DNA from: Patescibacteria group bacterium
GTDB lineage: Bacteria > Patescibacteriota > Patescibacteriia > SG8-24
DNA length: 64,000 nt
Direction of reading: 5' to 3'
NCBI GenBank assembly: GCA_028714475.1
Contig: JAQTNC010000001.1
Location: forward strand, 22,678-86,677
Part shown: one piece after another, positions 26,360 through 35,798 of the stretch
Layout of the letters: each line of letters opens with the position of its first letter
Position numbering within the stretch: the first letter of the stretch is position 1
Made by a program: the position numbers and the translations under genes
The notes under the pieces: generated by a model
Databases searched by the model: none
Told to the model about the DNA's origin: nothing
Seen by the model: the letters and a program-made list of their open reading frames with translations, nothing else

Positions 26360-27628
26360 TCATTTGGACTCGACGAGCCATTTCACCGCGGTGTCGAGCG
26401 TACGGTCGCCGCGGAGACAATCCCGGCACGGGTCGACGGCAACCGGCACGTCTGGCTGAACGCCATTTCCGGTGACGGAAACATTCCCAGGCGTGAACCA
26501 ACGGAAGTTAGTCAGTTTCAGCCAATAGCCGCCAGAATACGGCCAAGATATCTGACCGACACCCTTGCCGAAAGTCTTCTGGCCGAACACGCGGGCCAAT
26601 CCGTAAAACTTCAAGGCTCCGGCCAGGACTTCTGCCGCGGAAGCGGTCGTCGGTCCCACCAAAACGGCGGTGCGAACTCCGGCCGCGACGGCCTCGCCGT
26701 CGCCGAACCACCCCTCGGGCTTGCCGTCTTTCTTCACGGAGAAGGCAACGACCCGACGCCCGACCCACGCGCTCGCGACCTTGGCCGTGGCCATCTCCAA
26801 GAGACCGCCGGTGTTGTTCCGCAGGTCGAGGACGATACCGTCCGGTTCCTGGGCAACCACGTTCTTCATCCGTCCGGGGAACTCGTTGCCGACGGCGTCG
26901 GTGAACGCATTGAAACTGACCAGGGCAACCTGCTTGACGCCGCTGTCCAGCCAATTGACCGAAACCACCGATTCCGAGGCTTCCGAACAGCTGACCTCGA
27001 AATCAAGGGTGTCGTTGCCGGACACGCGAACCGTCACGCTGACGGTCTGGTCCTGGAACCGGCAAAACCGTTCGCCCCTAGAGGCTACAACCTCGCTAAT
27101 CGGCTGGCCGTCGATGGCCACCACCTCGTCGTTCGATGACAGTCCGGCTCGCTTGGCCGGACCGTTCGGCAGAAGGTCGGTCACGAAGTGCCGCCCGTTG
27201 CCCGTCCGGATCTTGAAACCCGGATTGACCGGCACGGTCTTGTGGGTCGTTTCCGGCCCGGCCTTCTCCCTCTTTTTGAAGGACGAGTGCCGATCCTCGA
27301 GCGCCTCGACCATGCCTTTCCGGCAGCCATCGACGAGCTGTTCCCGCGGCACGTCACGGTAGAAATTATCCGTGATTCTTCTTTCGAAGAGAAGGTAGTC
27401 CGCGCCGGGTCCTTTCTGGTGCCAGGCATAGGCACCCGAGACGGCACCGGACGCGAAGACCAACAGCCAAACCAAGAGGAACCTGAGATTTTTCCAGTGC
27501 CGCAAAGACGCAAGGAGGCACAGAAACGCCCAGATCCACCTGCCCCACACCTTCACGATGTCCCACAAAACCCCGCCTAACCAACAGATGCCTTTCAGCA
27601 AGGCCGTGCGAAGAGACAACAAGGTCAT
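26360..27628 (-). CDS. carboxyl-terminal processing protease (S41) with PDZ domain
   Basis: N-terminal TM. PDZ-like segment GFKIRTGNGRHFVTDLLPNGPAKRAGLSSNDEVVAIDGQPI. S41 core LDLRNNTGGLL...VLVGPTTASAAEVLAGAL...GQKTFGKG. Confidence 0.85.
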   Translation of the reverse strand: MTLLSLRTALLKGICWLGGVLWDIVKVWGRWIWAFLCLLASLRHWKNLRFLLVWLLVFASGAVSGAYAWHQKGPGADYLLFERRITDNFYRDVPREQLVDGCRKGMVEALEDRHSSFKKREKAGPETTHKTVPVNPGFKIRTGNGRHFVTDLLPNGPAKRAGLSSNDEVVAIDGQPISEVVASRGERFCRFQDQTVSVTVRVSGNDTLDFEVSCSEASESVVSVNWLDSGVKQVALVSFNAFTDAVGNEFPGRMKNVVAQEPDGIVLDLRNNTGGLLEMATAKVASAWVGRRVVAFSVKKDGKPEGWFGDGEAVAAGVRTAVLVGPTTASAAEVLAGALKFYGLARVFGQKTFGKGVGQISWPYSGGYWLKLTNFRWFTPGNVSVTGNGVQPDVPVAVDPCRDCLRGDRTLDTAVKWLVESK

Positions 27629-27830
27629 GACAGAAACCTTTCCCGTAGCCTGATGGCCCGGAGTGAGATTGCTGACGCGATGTCAAAGAACCGCGCTTTA
27701 ACCATCGAAACAGTTTTTGGCTAAAAAGTCAACGTTGTATTCATGGGGTCGGGCCTTGAATGATGAAATGAGCCTCCAGAAAACCGATAATTCAAGACCT
27801 GACCCCCAGCAAGAGCAAGTGATATAATAT

Positions 27831-28949
27831 ATGAATATGGCGGACGTGACTGACACCCAACAAAAAACAGGCTGGTTCCGGCGGGTTTGGCATCGCCACC
27901 GCGCCGCTGTTTGGTCCATCTTGGGCTCGCTCGTCATCCTCGCGGTGGCCGGGGCGGCCGTGTTCATCGGACTCGGCGACGGCAACGGCAATATTCACCT
28001 GCCGGCGATGCTGACCGGGAAAAAGGCCGAGGCGCCGCCGGTCACGTCGCCCACCACGCCCACGGCTAATGATCGCGACTGGCAACGCTACGGGCACCTC
28101 GACCTCCTGCGCAAGATGTTGGCCAGCTATGAGCACGATCGGCGCGATTACCCCCAGAGCCTCGCCGACCTCGTGCCGCGTTACCTGAAACAGTTGCCCA
28201 CCGACCCGACCACCGGCCAACCCTACGCCTACGAACGCACCGCGACCGGCTACCGGCTCACGGCCGATTTCGAAGCCGGCGTCATGGCGCTCGCCGCCGG
28301 TCGGCACCATCTCTCGCCGAATGGCTTTGACCTGCCGACCGAAACCGGAGGATCCGGCGCGCCTCCTCCGGCCCCGAACGTCACGCAACCCGCCGCCCAA
28401 CCCACGAACCCCCTGCCACCGCTCCCCACCAACCTGCCCGGCGACACGGACGGCGATGGGCTCACTGACGACGTCGAAAAAATCCTTGGCACTGACCCGA
28501 ACAACCGGGACACGGACGGCGACGGATTAACGGACGGCGAGGAAAGCGTCATCACCAAGACCGACCCGCTCAACCCGGACACGGACGGCGACGGCTTTTC
28601 CGACGGTGCGGAAGTCGCTGGCGGATTCGACCCGAAAGTCAAAGGCGGACGGCTGCCGGATTCCGACAATGACGGCGTCACGGACCTGGCCGAGGAAATC
28701 AAGGGGCTGAACCCGTTCGACCCGGACACGGATCTCGACGGTTTGGCGGACGGCGACGAACTGGCCGTGTTCGGCACCGACCCGCTCAAGGCCGACACGG
28801 ATGGCGACGGCGTTTCCGACGCCACGGAAATCAGCAACGGCGACAACCCGCTCGGCACCGGCCGGCTGACGTCCGAACAGCAGGCGGACATCCAGGCCAA
28901 GTCCGCCGCCGGCCTTCACCAGCCGACCCTGAAAACGCTGGGCCGGTGA
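27831..28949 (+). CDS. membrane-anchored protein with thrombospondin type-3 (Ca-binding) repeats
   Basis: TM helix ILGSLVILAVAGAAVFIGL. About 8 D.DGDG(L/F)(T/S)D repeats. Confidence 0.7.
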   Translation: MNMADVTDTQQKTGWFRRVWHRHRAAVWSILGSLVILAVAGAAVFIGLGDGNGNIHLPAMLTGKKAEAPPVTSPTTPTANDRDWQRYGHLDLLRKMLASYEHDRRDYPQSLADLVPRYLKQLPTDPTTGQPYAYERTATGYRLTADFEAGVMALAAGRHHLSPNGFDLPTETGGSGAPPPAPNVTQPAAQPTNPLPPLPTNLPGDTDGDGLTDDVEKILGTDPNNRDTDGDGLTDGEESVITKTDPLNPDTDGDGFSDGAEVAGGFDPKVKGGRLPDSDNDGVTDLAEEIKGLNPFDPDTDLDGLADGDELAVFGTDPLKADTDGDGVSDATEISNGDNPLGTGRLTSEQQADIQAKSAAGLHQPTLKTLGR

Positions 28950-29030
28950 AGAAGTCAGTGCGGGAGCGCAGAAGTACTGAAGTGCTGAAGAGGGAAAAGC
29001 TTGACAACTGTTGAACGGCCCAACAACTTC

Positions 29031-29094
29031 TCCAGCACTCCAGCACTCCAGCACTCCAGCACTCCAGCACTCCAGCACTCCAGCACTCCAGCAC
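29031..29094. repeat. (CCAGCACT)8 perfect 8-bp tandem repeat inside a ctgaagtgctggag-family palindromic element
   Basis: Eight uninterrupted CCAGCACT units. The upstream partner agtactgaagtgctgaag lies at 28972-28991. The track ORFs 28527..29078 and 28831..29094 (VLECWSAG repeats) are translations of this repeat. Confidence 0.9.
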
Positions 29095-29174
29095 TTCCTA
29101 CTGGTTCGCCGTCGTTAGCCATGATAATCTTAGGTTAGCGGACGGTTCACGCCTTTAGAGCCGCCCCCATCCGC

Positions 29175-29540
29175 ATGGGCAACCCCCGCAACAACCGTTT
29201 CGGCCCGCTGGCTGTCGGCATGATTGCCGTAATGCTGTCTTTGGCGGCGGTTGCCGCGTGTCCGCGCGCGACTTCATCTGCGGAAACGACGACCGGCGAA
29301 TCGGCACCGACCATCACAAATGAACAGGTCGTAAATCTCGGCACCGCCTTCGTGGAATTCTGGAAGATCGCTTGGGACAAGACCATCAACGCCGCTCACG
29401 CCGTCAACCTGTTCATCCGCGAGTTGTTCGCCGAGATTCGCGTCACGTCACGGCCAGCACCATCACTGCCCGTCGTTCCCATGACCGGACGCCCTGATGC
29501 CGCGACAACCAACTCCCCGCCAACCAACGCCGCGCCTTAA
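29175..29540 (+). CDS. hypothetical small secreted protein or lipoprotein
   Basis: Signal-like N-terminus MIAVMLSLAAVAAC. No family recognised. Confidence 0.4.
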   Translation: MGNPRNNRFGPLAVGMIAVMLSLAAVAACPRATSSAETTTGESAPTITNEQVVNLGTAFVEFWKIAWDKTINAAHAVNLFIRELFAEIRVTSRPAPSLPVVPMTGRPDAATTNSPPTNAAP

Positions 29541-29552
29541 TTCTGCCTACCT

Positions 29553-30038
29553 ATGATCGAGAACGAACTTACTTTCGTGGTCAAGAACATGCCGGACCTA
29601 ACCGGCTTGGGTCACAACGACATCGAGCAACATTACCTTTCCGAAGGTGCCGAGCCGGTTCGCATCCGCAAGATCGGCCGCCGCTTTGAGCTGACGAAAA
29701 AAATGGATCTGGCCAAGTCCGACTTGAGCCGCCGCGAGGAAATCAATCTGCCGCTCACCGAGGGTGAATTCGAGCGCCTGAAGACGCTCTCACTGCGCCA
29801 CATCCAGAAGACCCGTTATTACGCGCCATTGCCGGAAGGGCTAATGGCGGAACTCGACGTCTATCACGGCGATCTCGAGGGTCTCGCGCTGGTCGAGGTG
29901 GAATTCATCGATGAGACCGTGCGTGCTTCCTTCGTGCCGCCGCCGTGGTTCGGCCGCGACATCTCGCAGGAAGCCTGGTCACGCAACCACAACCTCGCCG
30001 CCATGACGCTGGAACAGGTGAAGAAATATCTGGAGTGA
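29553..30038 (+). CDS. CYTH (triphosphate tunnel metalloenzyme) domain protein
   Basis: MIENELTFVVK ... RIRKIGRRFELTKK ... ELDVYHGDLEGLALVEVEF: the alternating acidic/basic beta-strands of the CYTH/CthTTM fold. Confidence 0.7.
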   Translation: MIENELTFVVKNMPDLTGLGHNDIEQHYLSEGAEPVRIRKIGRRFELTKKMDLAKSDLSRREEINLPLTEGEFERLKTLSLRHIQKTRYYAPLPEGLMAELDVYHGDLEGLALVEVEFIDETVRASFVPPPWFGRDISQEAWSRNHNLAAMTLEQVKKYLE

Positions 30039-30094
30039 TTTCAAGCACGTCATCAATAACGAAAAACGCTGGTTCCATGACCAGCGTTTTTAAA

Positions 30095-30185
30095 TGCCAA
30101 GTTGTGGAGTAATGGAGTCGTGGAGTAGTGAAGCGACTATGAAAAACAAAATCGACTTTTCTACTTCACGACTTTACAACTTAAC
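30095..30185. repeat. gtggagtagtgaag-word palindromic element
   Basis: gttgtggagtaatggagtcgtggagtagtgaagcgact...agtcgacttttctacttcacgactttacaac. Confidence 0.6.
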
Positions 30186-30197
30186 GACTCCAACCCC

Positions 30198-31259
30198 CTA
30201 CTCTCCCCGCAAATGCCCCAGTATCCCCGGATTCTCCACGTCCTCCTTGAATTCGCGGCGATAAATGTCGATGAGCGCGAGGGCCACGGAAACGGTCAGC
30301 GGGCCGAGGATAAAACCGGCGAAGCCGTAAAACTCGATGCCGCCCACGATGGAGAGAAGCACCAACAGAGGATGGATGTCCGTGCGCCGCTGAACGAGCT
30401 TGGGCTGAAGGAAATTGTCGATCGCGCCGATGATGGCCACGGAGATGACGGTCAAAACCACGGCCGCCCCCAACTGTCCGCTCACGACCAGGTAAACGAT
30501 GGCGGGCACGGTCACGATCGAGGTCCCGACGACCGGCAACAGGCTGGAAACGCCCGTCATGGCGCCCCAGAAAATCGGTGCCGGCACGCCGGTCGCCCAA
30601 AAGGCCACGGCGGCAATGATGCCCTTGATGATGCCGACCACGATGGTGCCGTTCAGGACGGCGGCCACCGACTGCACCAGGCGCTGGAAGATCATCTCGT
30701 CGTTCTCGTCGCTCAAGGGCGAGAGGAACAACAACTCCTTCTTGATGCGGGTGCCGTCCTTGAGCAGGTAATAGGCAGAGAACATCATGACGACGGCGTT
30801 CAGGAATACGTCCATGGCATTCGAGAAGAACCCGATGATGTCCGCCGACAGCTTTTCCAGGACGGTCGTCAATATCTTCAGCAGTTCGCCGGAAATAGCC
30901 GGGATCTGCGCATGCCACGAAACCGGCAAGACCCGCCGCAGGGCTTCCATCAGGTTATTGATGTCAAGAAGATGGCCGGCGTTGCCGAGATACGCGCCAA
31001 TCTCGTTGACGAAGGCGGCCAGGAAAAAGATGGTCGGCGACAGGAAAGCCGCCATCACCAGGATGATGGTCAGGAACGCGGCCGCCACCTCGGATTTAAG
31101 ATAGCGGTAGATGAACTTAAAGATTGGCCTCGTCACGATGGCGATGACGCCGCCGAAAGCCAAGGCCACCAGGTAAGAACGGAAAACCAGCACGGTGAGC
31201 GCGATGCTGCCGGCCAAGCAGGACAGGAAGAAATAGGTCTGGAATTTCTTGTAGTTCAT
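30198..31259 (-). CDS. AI-2E family transporter (PerM/YdiK-like)
   Basis: 353 aa with 8 TMs. Characteristic segments FFLSCLAGSIAL, MFSAYYLLKDG, GLFFGAMTGVSSLLPVVGT. Confidence 0.85.
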   Translation of the reverse strand: MNYKKFQTYFFLSCLAGSIALTVLVFRSYLVALAFGGVIAIVTRPIFKFIYRYLKSEVAAAFLTIILVMAAFLSPTIFFLAAFVNEIGAYLGNAGHLLDINNLMEALRRVLPVSWHAQIPAISGELLKILTTVLEKLSADIIGFFSNAMDVFLNAVVMMFSAYYLLKDGTRIKKELLFLSPLSDENDEMIFQRLVQSVAAVLNGTIVVGIIKGIIAAVAFWATGVPAPIFWGAMTGVSSLLPVVGTSIVTVPAIVYLVVSGQLGAAVVLTVISVAIIGAIDNFLQPKLVQRRTDIHPLLVLLSIVGGIEFYGFAGFILGPLTVSVALALIDIYRREFKEDVENPGILGHLRGE

Positions 31260-31351
31260 GCCTTAATTATACGGCTTTTTTCGGCGGGAATCAAACCCGG
31301 CTCCGTTTCGGGCGCCCACGGCGCTTGGCCGACGGGCCCAAACACAAAAGC

Positions 31352-31380
31352 CGGCGAACCGGCTTTAGCGAGAGTGGCGT
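31352..31380. terminator. bidirectional terminator hairpin
   Basis: AAAAGCCGGcgaaCCGGCTTT. Confidence 0.7.
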
Positions 31381-31392
31381 CCCGAAAAGGAA

Positions 31393-32118
31393 TCAGGAGG
31401 CCAGATAAACCTGACAGCGGACGGTCACGACGCGGCCGATGACCATGAGGTCGTCGGCACAGCTGGCCGCCATGACCTTGGCCACGGTATAGACCTGCCG
31501 CAGGGCGGCGGGATTCGATGCCGCCAGGTTGTCCAGATTTAGGAACGCGGTCAGGTCACCGTGCTGCAGGAACCCCTGACGTTCGCCGTCCGCATCCATA
31601 AAGAACTTATGGCCATTACAGCGGCACTGGTTGGTGAAGCGGTTGTGCTCGAGAACCGCCACGATCAGGCGGCCCAGCTCCTCCGCCGCCTGGGCAACCG
31701 CGTTCGCCAAGGGAAAGGCGGAAGAAACGACGATCTCCGCCTCGCTGTCCTCGTCATCGCCGTCCGTTCGCCTGGCCAACTCCGCATGAACACAGCCGAT
31801 GAAATCCTCGCCGCACTTTTGGACGACGGCCACGCAGCCGCCGTACTCCATCAGGCGATTGAACGACGGGCTTCTTCGGCACAACCACCCCTCCAGGAGC
31901 TCCTGACGGCGGTCGTCGCTCTCGGCGGCAGTGAGCGCGGTCGACAGCTTCTTCGGCAATGCCTGACGCTGGGTCCTTCGCTTGGCCGGCCGGGCCGCGA
32001 CCGAAGAGCGGCTTCGAGAGCATTTTCCGGCCGATCGACGACTCGCGGATTGATGACGTTTTTTCACGACAAGCCTCCTTGGCAAAAGAGCGTTGCGGAA
32101 CGCGGGGTTCTTCCCCAT
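31393..32118 (-). CDS. hypothetical protein with a highly basic ~85-aa N-terminal tail and a Cys/His C-terminal domain
   Basis: Promoter TTGACT-N17-TAAGGT, then 12 nt to the ATG (very short leader). The tail KKRHQSASRRSAGKCSRSRSSVAARPAKRRTQRQALPKK may be DNA/RNA binding. The C-domain ...CVHAELARR...TNQCRCNGHKF is weakly deaminase-like (H.E...C..C). The start could instead be the internal ATG at 31851. Confidence 0.45.
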   Translation of the reverse strand: MGKNPAFRNALLPRRLVVKKRHQSASRRSAGKCSRSRSSVAARPAKRRTQRQALPKKLSTALTAAESDDRRQELLEGWLCRRSPSFNRLMEYGGCVAVVQKCGEDFIGCVHAELARRTDGDDEDSEAEIVVSSAFPLANAVAQAAEELGRLIVAVLEHNRFTNQCRCNGHKFFMDADGERQGFLQHGDLTAFLNLDNLAASNPAALRQVYTVAKVMAASCADDLMVIGRVVTVRCQVYLAS

Positions 32119-32130
32119 GCTGACAGCCAG

Positions 32131-32159
32131 ACCTTAACAACCGCTTTCGACAAAGTCAA
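32131..32159 (-). promoter_or_regulatory. sigma70-like promoter TTGACT-N17-TAAGGT with a very short leader
   Basis: Minus-strand TTGACTttgtcgaaagcggttgtTAAGGT ctggctgtcagc ATG. Confidence 0.55.
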
Positions 32160-32264
32160 CCATATGGAGCTCTCCCGAGATTACGCCGGAGCTTCGGCAG
32201 CCGCTGGACGGGATGCCCCGCCATTCGGCGGGACTCCCTCGTCTTATTGCATCAATGTGGGTCG

Positions 32265-32370
32265 CAATATGCCCGGCTGGGTGAATCGCGAGCTGGCGAG
32301 CGATTCACGGGCAGCACGGGCTGCCCGGGGTTTGGCGAGCAATCACCGATTCTTTGCGAGCCAAACGAGC
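32265..32370. repeat. three-hairpin structured repeat element, divergent copy C
   Basis: Sequence GTGAATCGC gagctggcgag GCGATTCAC GGGCAGC acg GCTGCCC gggGTTTGGCgagcaatcaccgattctttgcgagGCCAAAC. The architecture matches A/B, with different stem-1 and stem-2 sequences that still pair. Hairpin 3 is nearly identical to copy B. Confidence 0.6.
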
Positions 32371-32501
32371 GGAGCCGTGAGGCGCACTTAATGTTGCGCC
32401 GGAACGGTCCGCGAGCGAAGCCGAGTGCAGTGCGCCCGGACCAGCGGCTGCCTGAAAAAGAAGGGCCGGTGACACCGGCCGTTGATAATCAAGTTGCCGT
32501 T

Positions 32502-33149
32502 TCAACCCGGTCGCCCTTGCCGTTCCGGAAGTTGCCGGTCAAGAATGCCCTGCACATTGCCGATGACGATGACGAAATGCTCGAAAGGGTACCAGGCCGT
32601 CGGCCGCCCCACTTCGCGCACCTCGAAATCATAACCTGACACCGCGAGAAAGCGCCGCCAACCGGCGGCATCGCGGTTGTAACCGCCGGGCAGTCCGCCA
32701 TAATGCACGAAATTGATGACGCGCTCCAGCAGGCCGGACGTCCGGCTGGGCTTGTCCTCGAAGGCGAAAACGCGGCGGCCAACGCGCAAGGCGCGGTCAA
32801 TGAGATCCATCTGGCTAGGAAAATGATGAAGCACATCGTTCAGGAGCACGGCGTCAAAGGAACCCGGCGCGAAAGGCAGTTCGCCGTAGGGCGTCACGGC
32901 CGTGAACGGGATGTCCGTCACCAAGGCCTGACGCACGTCCGCGCCGACGAAATCCAGCCTGAAACGGTCGCAAATGATGGCGGACACCACGCCGTTGCCG
33001 CAACCCAAGTCCAGCACGCGCGAACCCGGCGTGATGAGCGACGCGAGGCAATCAGCAATGAACTGCCCGCGGATTTCGGTGAGCCGTCGGAACCGGAGGG
33101 AATTCAGGCGACAGGCCAATAAGCCGTTCGTTTTTGTTCTTGACTTCAT
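32502..33149 (-). CDS. class I SAM-dependent methyltransferase
   Basis: ATG at 33149 begins MKSRTKTNG. Motif I VLDLGCGNGV, motif post-I DFVGADV, motif II FDAVLLNDVLHH. The upstream 69 codons of the track ORF are R/G junk. Confidence 0.8.
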   Translation of the reverse strand: MKSRTKTNGLLACRLNSLRFRRLTEIRGQFIADCLASLITPGSRVLDLGCGNGVVSAIICDRFRLDFVGADVRQALVTDIPFTAVTPYGELPFAPGSFDAVLLNDVLHHFPSQMDLIDRALRVGRRVFAFEDKPSRTSGLLERVINFVHYGGLPGGYNRDAAGWRRFLAVSGYDFEVREVGRPTAWYPFEHFVIVIGNVQGILDRQLPERQGRPG

Positions 33150-33187
33150 GACACTTGACTCAAGACGGCGGCGCTGACAGCCAGGCG

Positions 33188-34864
33188 TCAGGCCCGTCCG
33201 GCTTCCGCGTGTTCCAAGGCACGGGAGGCAATCACCCAGTAAGCGGCCACGATGCCGACCGTCACGACGAGCAGGCCGAACAGGGCCACGGCGTCGAAGC
33301 GGCCGTCCATCAAGTACGCGAGCGTCATCATCCGCACGTATCGGGTCACGACCCAAACGTAACCGACGCCGATGGCCGTGGCCGCCAAACCGGCCGGCGA
33401 GGTCGAAAGCTCGTCCGGATCGCGATCCCGGAAATCAGGATAAAGGCATCCCTGACCAAGCGTCACGACCACCATGGCCGCGACCGTGCAGGCCGCCGCC
33501 GTCAAGAAACCGATCGCCAACGGCCACGGCACGCCGAACAGCCGAATCGTCACGAGTGCCGCGCCGATGATGGGGACGGCAATGACCGCGCACCAGAAGA
33601 AATACTTCCACGAGAAAAGCTCGTGACGATGCATCGGGCTGGACCAGATGACCCAGGCGCAGCGGCCGTCCTGGGAGAGCGCGGGGAAGGCGAAACGCAG
33701 GCCGAGCGCCAAGGCGAAATACCCGATGGCGGCAAAACTGGCCGCCACCGCCTTGGACTGCATGACCGGCTCATCCAAGCCGCCCAGTTTGGCGACGGCG
33801 CGCAAGGCGAACAGGCAGAAGAAAAGGAGCAGCATCAGGAAGCCGGCGCGCGCCAGCTGGTCGGGGTTGCGGGTGAAATTCAGCCATTCCTTCTCGAAGA
33901 TGTAACCGTGACCCAATCGCCAAAGCCTCGGAAACGGTGGCTGTTTCGCCGCGCCATCCGCACCGCGATAACCGGCCACGAAGGAGATTTCCTCGAAACG
34001 CTGGCGCAGGGCGATATACCATCGTCCGGCGAACAACGTCATCAGGACCAAGGCCACGGCGATTGCCAGCGCGTTCCAGGCCAAGGCGGCCGGCTGACCG
34101 CTCGGTTGGGTGAAGGCAAGCGTCGCCTGGGCCAGCGGATGCGTCGGGAACCAGCCGAAAATCGCGTCGAGACGCTGGGAGGACGCCTCGATGGCCGCCG
34201 CGCCGTTCACGTCAAAAATCCGATAGAGCGCGTGCGGCACGATTTGGCGCATGAACAGGAACAGCATTGCCACGAACAAGACCCCATCGGCCAGACGCAG
34301 CCACGAGCGCGGCAAGAGCGCCGCGAGCCACGCGAAGACAAACGACAACAGGCCGCCGGTCAAGGCCACGGTGAGCGACAGGAGGAGAAGCGCCACGGCC
34401 GCGAACGCGTAATAAGGAGCCGGCGCGTGCACGGCTACGCCCAACGCCGCTAGCGCCGGTACGCCGACCACGAGCACCGGCCAAACGGACAGCGAGGCGG
34501 CCAACAGGAAACGGTGCATGAACAGGGCCGACGGCTCAACCGGCAAGGCCGCGAGCAGGCGCACTTCGCCGTTCGCGTAAATGAGGGGGATGGAGGACGC
34601 GACAAAACTGGCGACGCCAAGGAAAAGCACCGTCGCGAAAGAGGCCTCGAGAACGTATTTCACGATGAGCGGGGCCGGGCCTTCGGTGGCTCCCGCGATC
34701 TCCACGAAGAACGCGCGGAAGAGTAGAAACACGCCCGCCGCAATGACGACACCGACGACGATAAATGCCGCCGCCACGGCCATCCGCGCCCAATTGGCCT
34801 CGCGCCAGGCGCGGCGAGCGGCCAAGCGGCGGACATCAGCCAACTGAACCACCTCCTTGAACAT
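33188..34864 (-). CDS. ABC-2 type exporter permease (polytopic)
   Basis: 558 aa, about 12 predicted TM helices. Directly downstream of an ABC ATPase. Confidence 0.65.
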   Translation of the reverse strand: MFKEVVQLADVRRLAARRAWREANWARMAVAAAFIVVGVVIAAGVFLLFRAFFVEIAGATEGPAPLIVKYVLEASFATVLFLGVASFVASSIPLIYANGEVRLLAALPVEPSALFMHRFLLAASLSVWPVLVVGVPALAALGVAVHAPAPYYAFAAVALLLLSLTVALTGGLLSFVFAWLAALLPRSWLRLADGVLFVAMLFLFMRQIVPHALYRIFDVNGAAAIEASSQRLDAIFGWFPTHPLAQATLAFTQPSGQPAALAWNALAIAVALVLMTLFAGRWYIALRQRFEEISFVAGYRGADGAAKQPPFPRLWRLGHGYIFEKEWLNFTRNPDQLARAGFLMLLLFFCLFALRAVAKLGGLDEPVMQSKAVAASFAAIGYFALALGLRFAFPALSQDGRCAWVIWSSPMHRHELFSWKYFFWCAVIAVPIIGAALVTIRLFGVPWPLAIGFLTAAACTVAAMVVVTLGQGCLYPDFRDRDPDELSTSPAGLAATAIGVGYVWVVTRYVRMMTLAYLMDGRFDAVALFGLLVVTVGIVAAYWVIASRALEHAEAGRA

Positions 34865-34867
34865 ACG

Positions 34868-35599
34868 TCAGGCGGTCAGGGCCAGGTAATAATCCTCGAG
34901 CGAACCGTGTCCCACGTTGGCGCGCCGGCCGAGCTCGGCCACTGTCCCCTCCTCGATGAGCTGACCTTCCTTGAGGATGCCCAGGCGACCGCACAGCTCC
35001 TCGGCGACGGCCAAGGTGTGCGTCGAAAGCAGGATGGCCCCGCCGGCCGACGCGAACTCACGGAGCATTTCCTTGGTGATGCGAGCGCTCTGCGGATCCA
35101 GGCCGATCATCGGCTCGTCGATGAGCAGGAGTTTCGGTTCATGCAGGAGCGCCGCGAGAATCGAGATCTTCTGGCGGTTGCCGCGCGAATACTGGCCGAA
35201 GGCGCCCTCGGCGACATCCTTCAAGCCGTAGCGATCAAGCAGCATCGCCACGCGCTCGTCGCGCCGTCCGCGCTCCATGCCGAAAATCTGGCCGACGAAC
35301 TCCAGGAACTCGCGACCGGAAAGGCGGTCGTACGCCTGCGGGTCGTCCGGTATGTAACCGAGGCCGCGCTTGGATCGCGTCGGGTGACGGATGACGTCGA
35401 GGCCGTTCACCTCGATTGTCCCCTTGGTCTGCCGGTAAAGGCCGGCGATGGTCTTGATGGTCGTGGTCTTGCCCGACCCGTTCGGACCGATAAGGCCGTA
35501 TATCTCACCGGGCATGATTTCTAGCGACAAATCCCGCACGGCCGTGACCGTCCGGAATTTCTTGGTGACTTTTTTGAGCAATAATGCTGGTTCCGACAT
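34868..35599 (-). CDS. ABC transporter ATP-binding protein
   Basis: Walker A GPNGSGKTT, signature YSRGNRQK, Walker B LLLIDEPMIGLD. Confidence 0.9.
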   Translation of the reverse strand: MSEPALLLKKVTKKFRTVTAVRDLSLEIMPGEIYGLIGPNGSGKTTTIKTIAGLYRQTKGTIEVNGLDVIRHPTRSKRGLGYIPDDPQAYDRLSGREFLEFVGQIFGMERGRRDERVAMLLDRYGLKDVAEGAFGQYSRGNRQKISILAALLHEPKLLLIDEPMIGLDPQSARITKEMLREFASAGGAILLSTHTLAVAEELCGRLGILKEGQLIEEGTVAELGRRANVGHGSLEDYYLALTA

Positions 35600-35798
35600 A
35601 GGGCATCATTATAGCACAAAACTCAAACCTTGCGCGAGGCCATTTTTCGGCTCCGCTTGGCGCAAAATTTGACAGCCTAGACGGGCATGGTCTACGCTCG
35701 AAATAGAGAGAGTACCTACTAAATCCGTAGCGGCGACAGGGCGTTTTCACCCCGTTGAAAGCGCCGGTCACCACCTGGCAGAAAGGAGGAAGGCCCTT

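Noticed and set aside
28527-29094. Minus-strand ORFs translating to MLECWSAGVLECWSAG...
   Set aside because: They read through the (CCAGCACT)8 microsatellite. The periodic peptide is an artefact of the repeat.
31561-32391. 276-aa plus-strand ORF
   Set aside because: R-rich and overlaps repeat element C. The minus-strand gene, with its promoter, is preferred.
33155-34453. 432-aa plus-strand ORF
   Set aside because: Antisense to the ABC-2 permease. The product is 25% R+G+D+E with no hydrophobic core.
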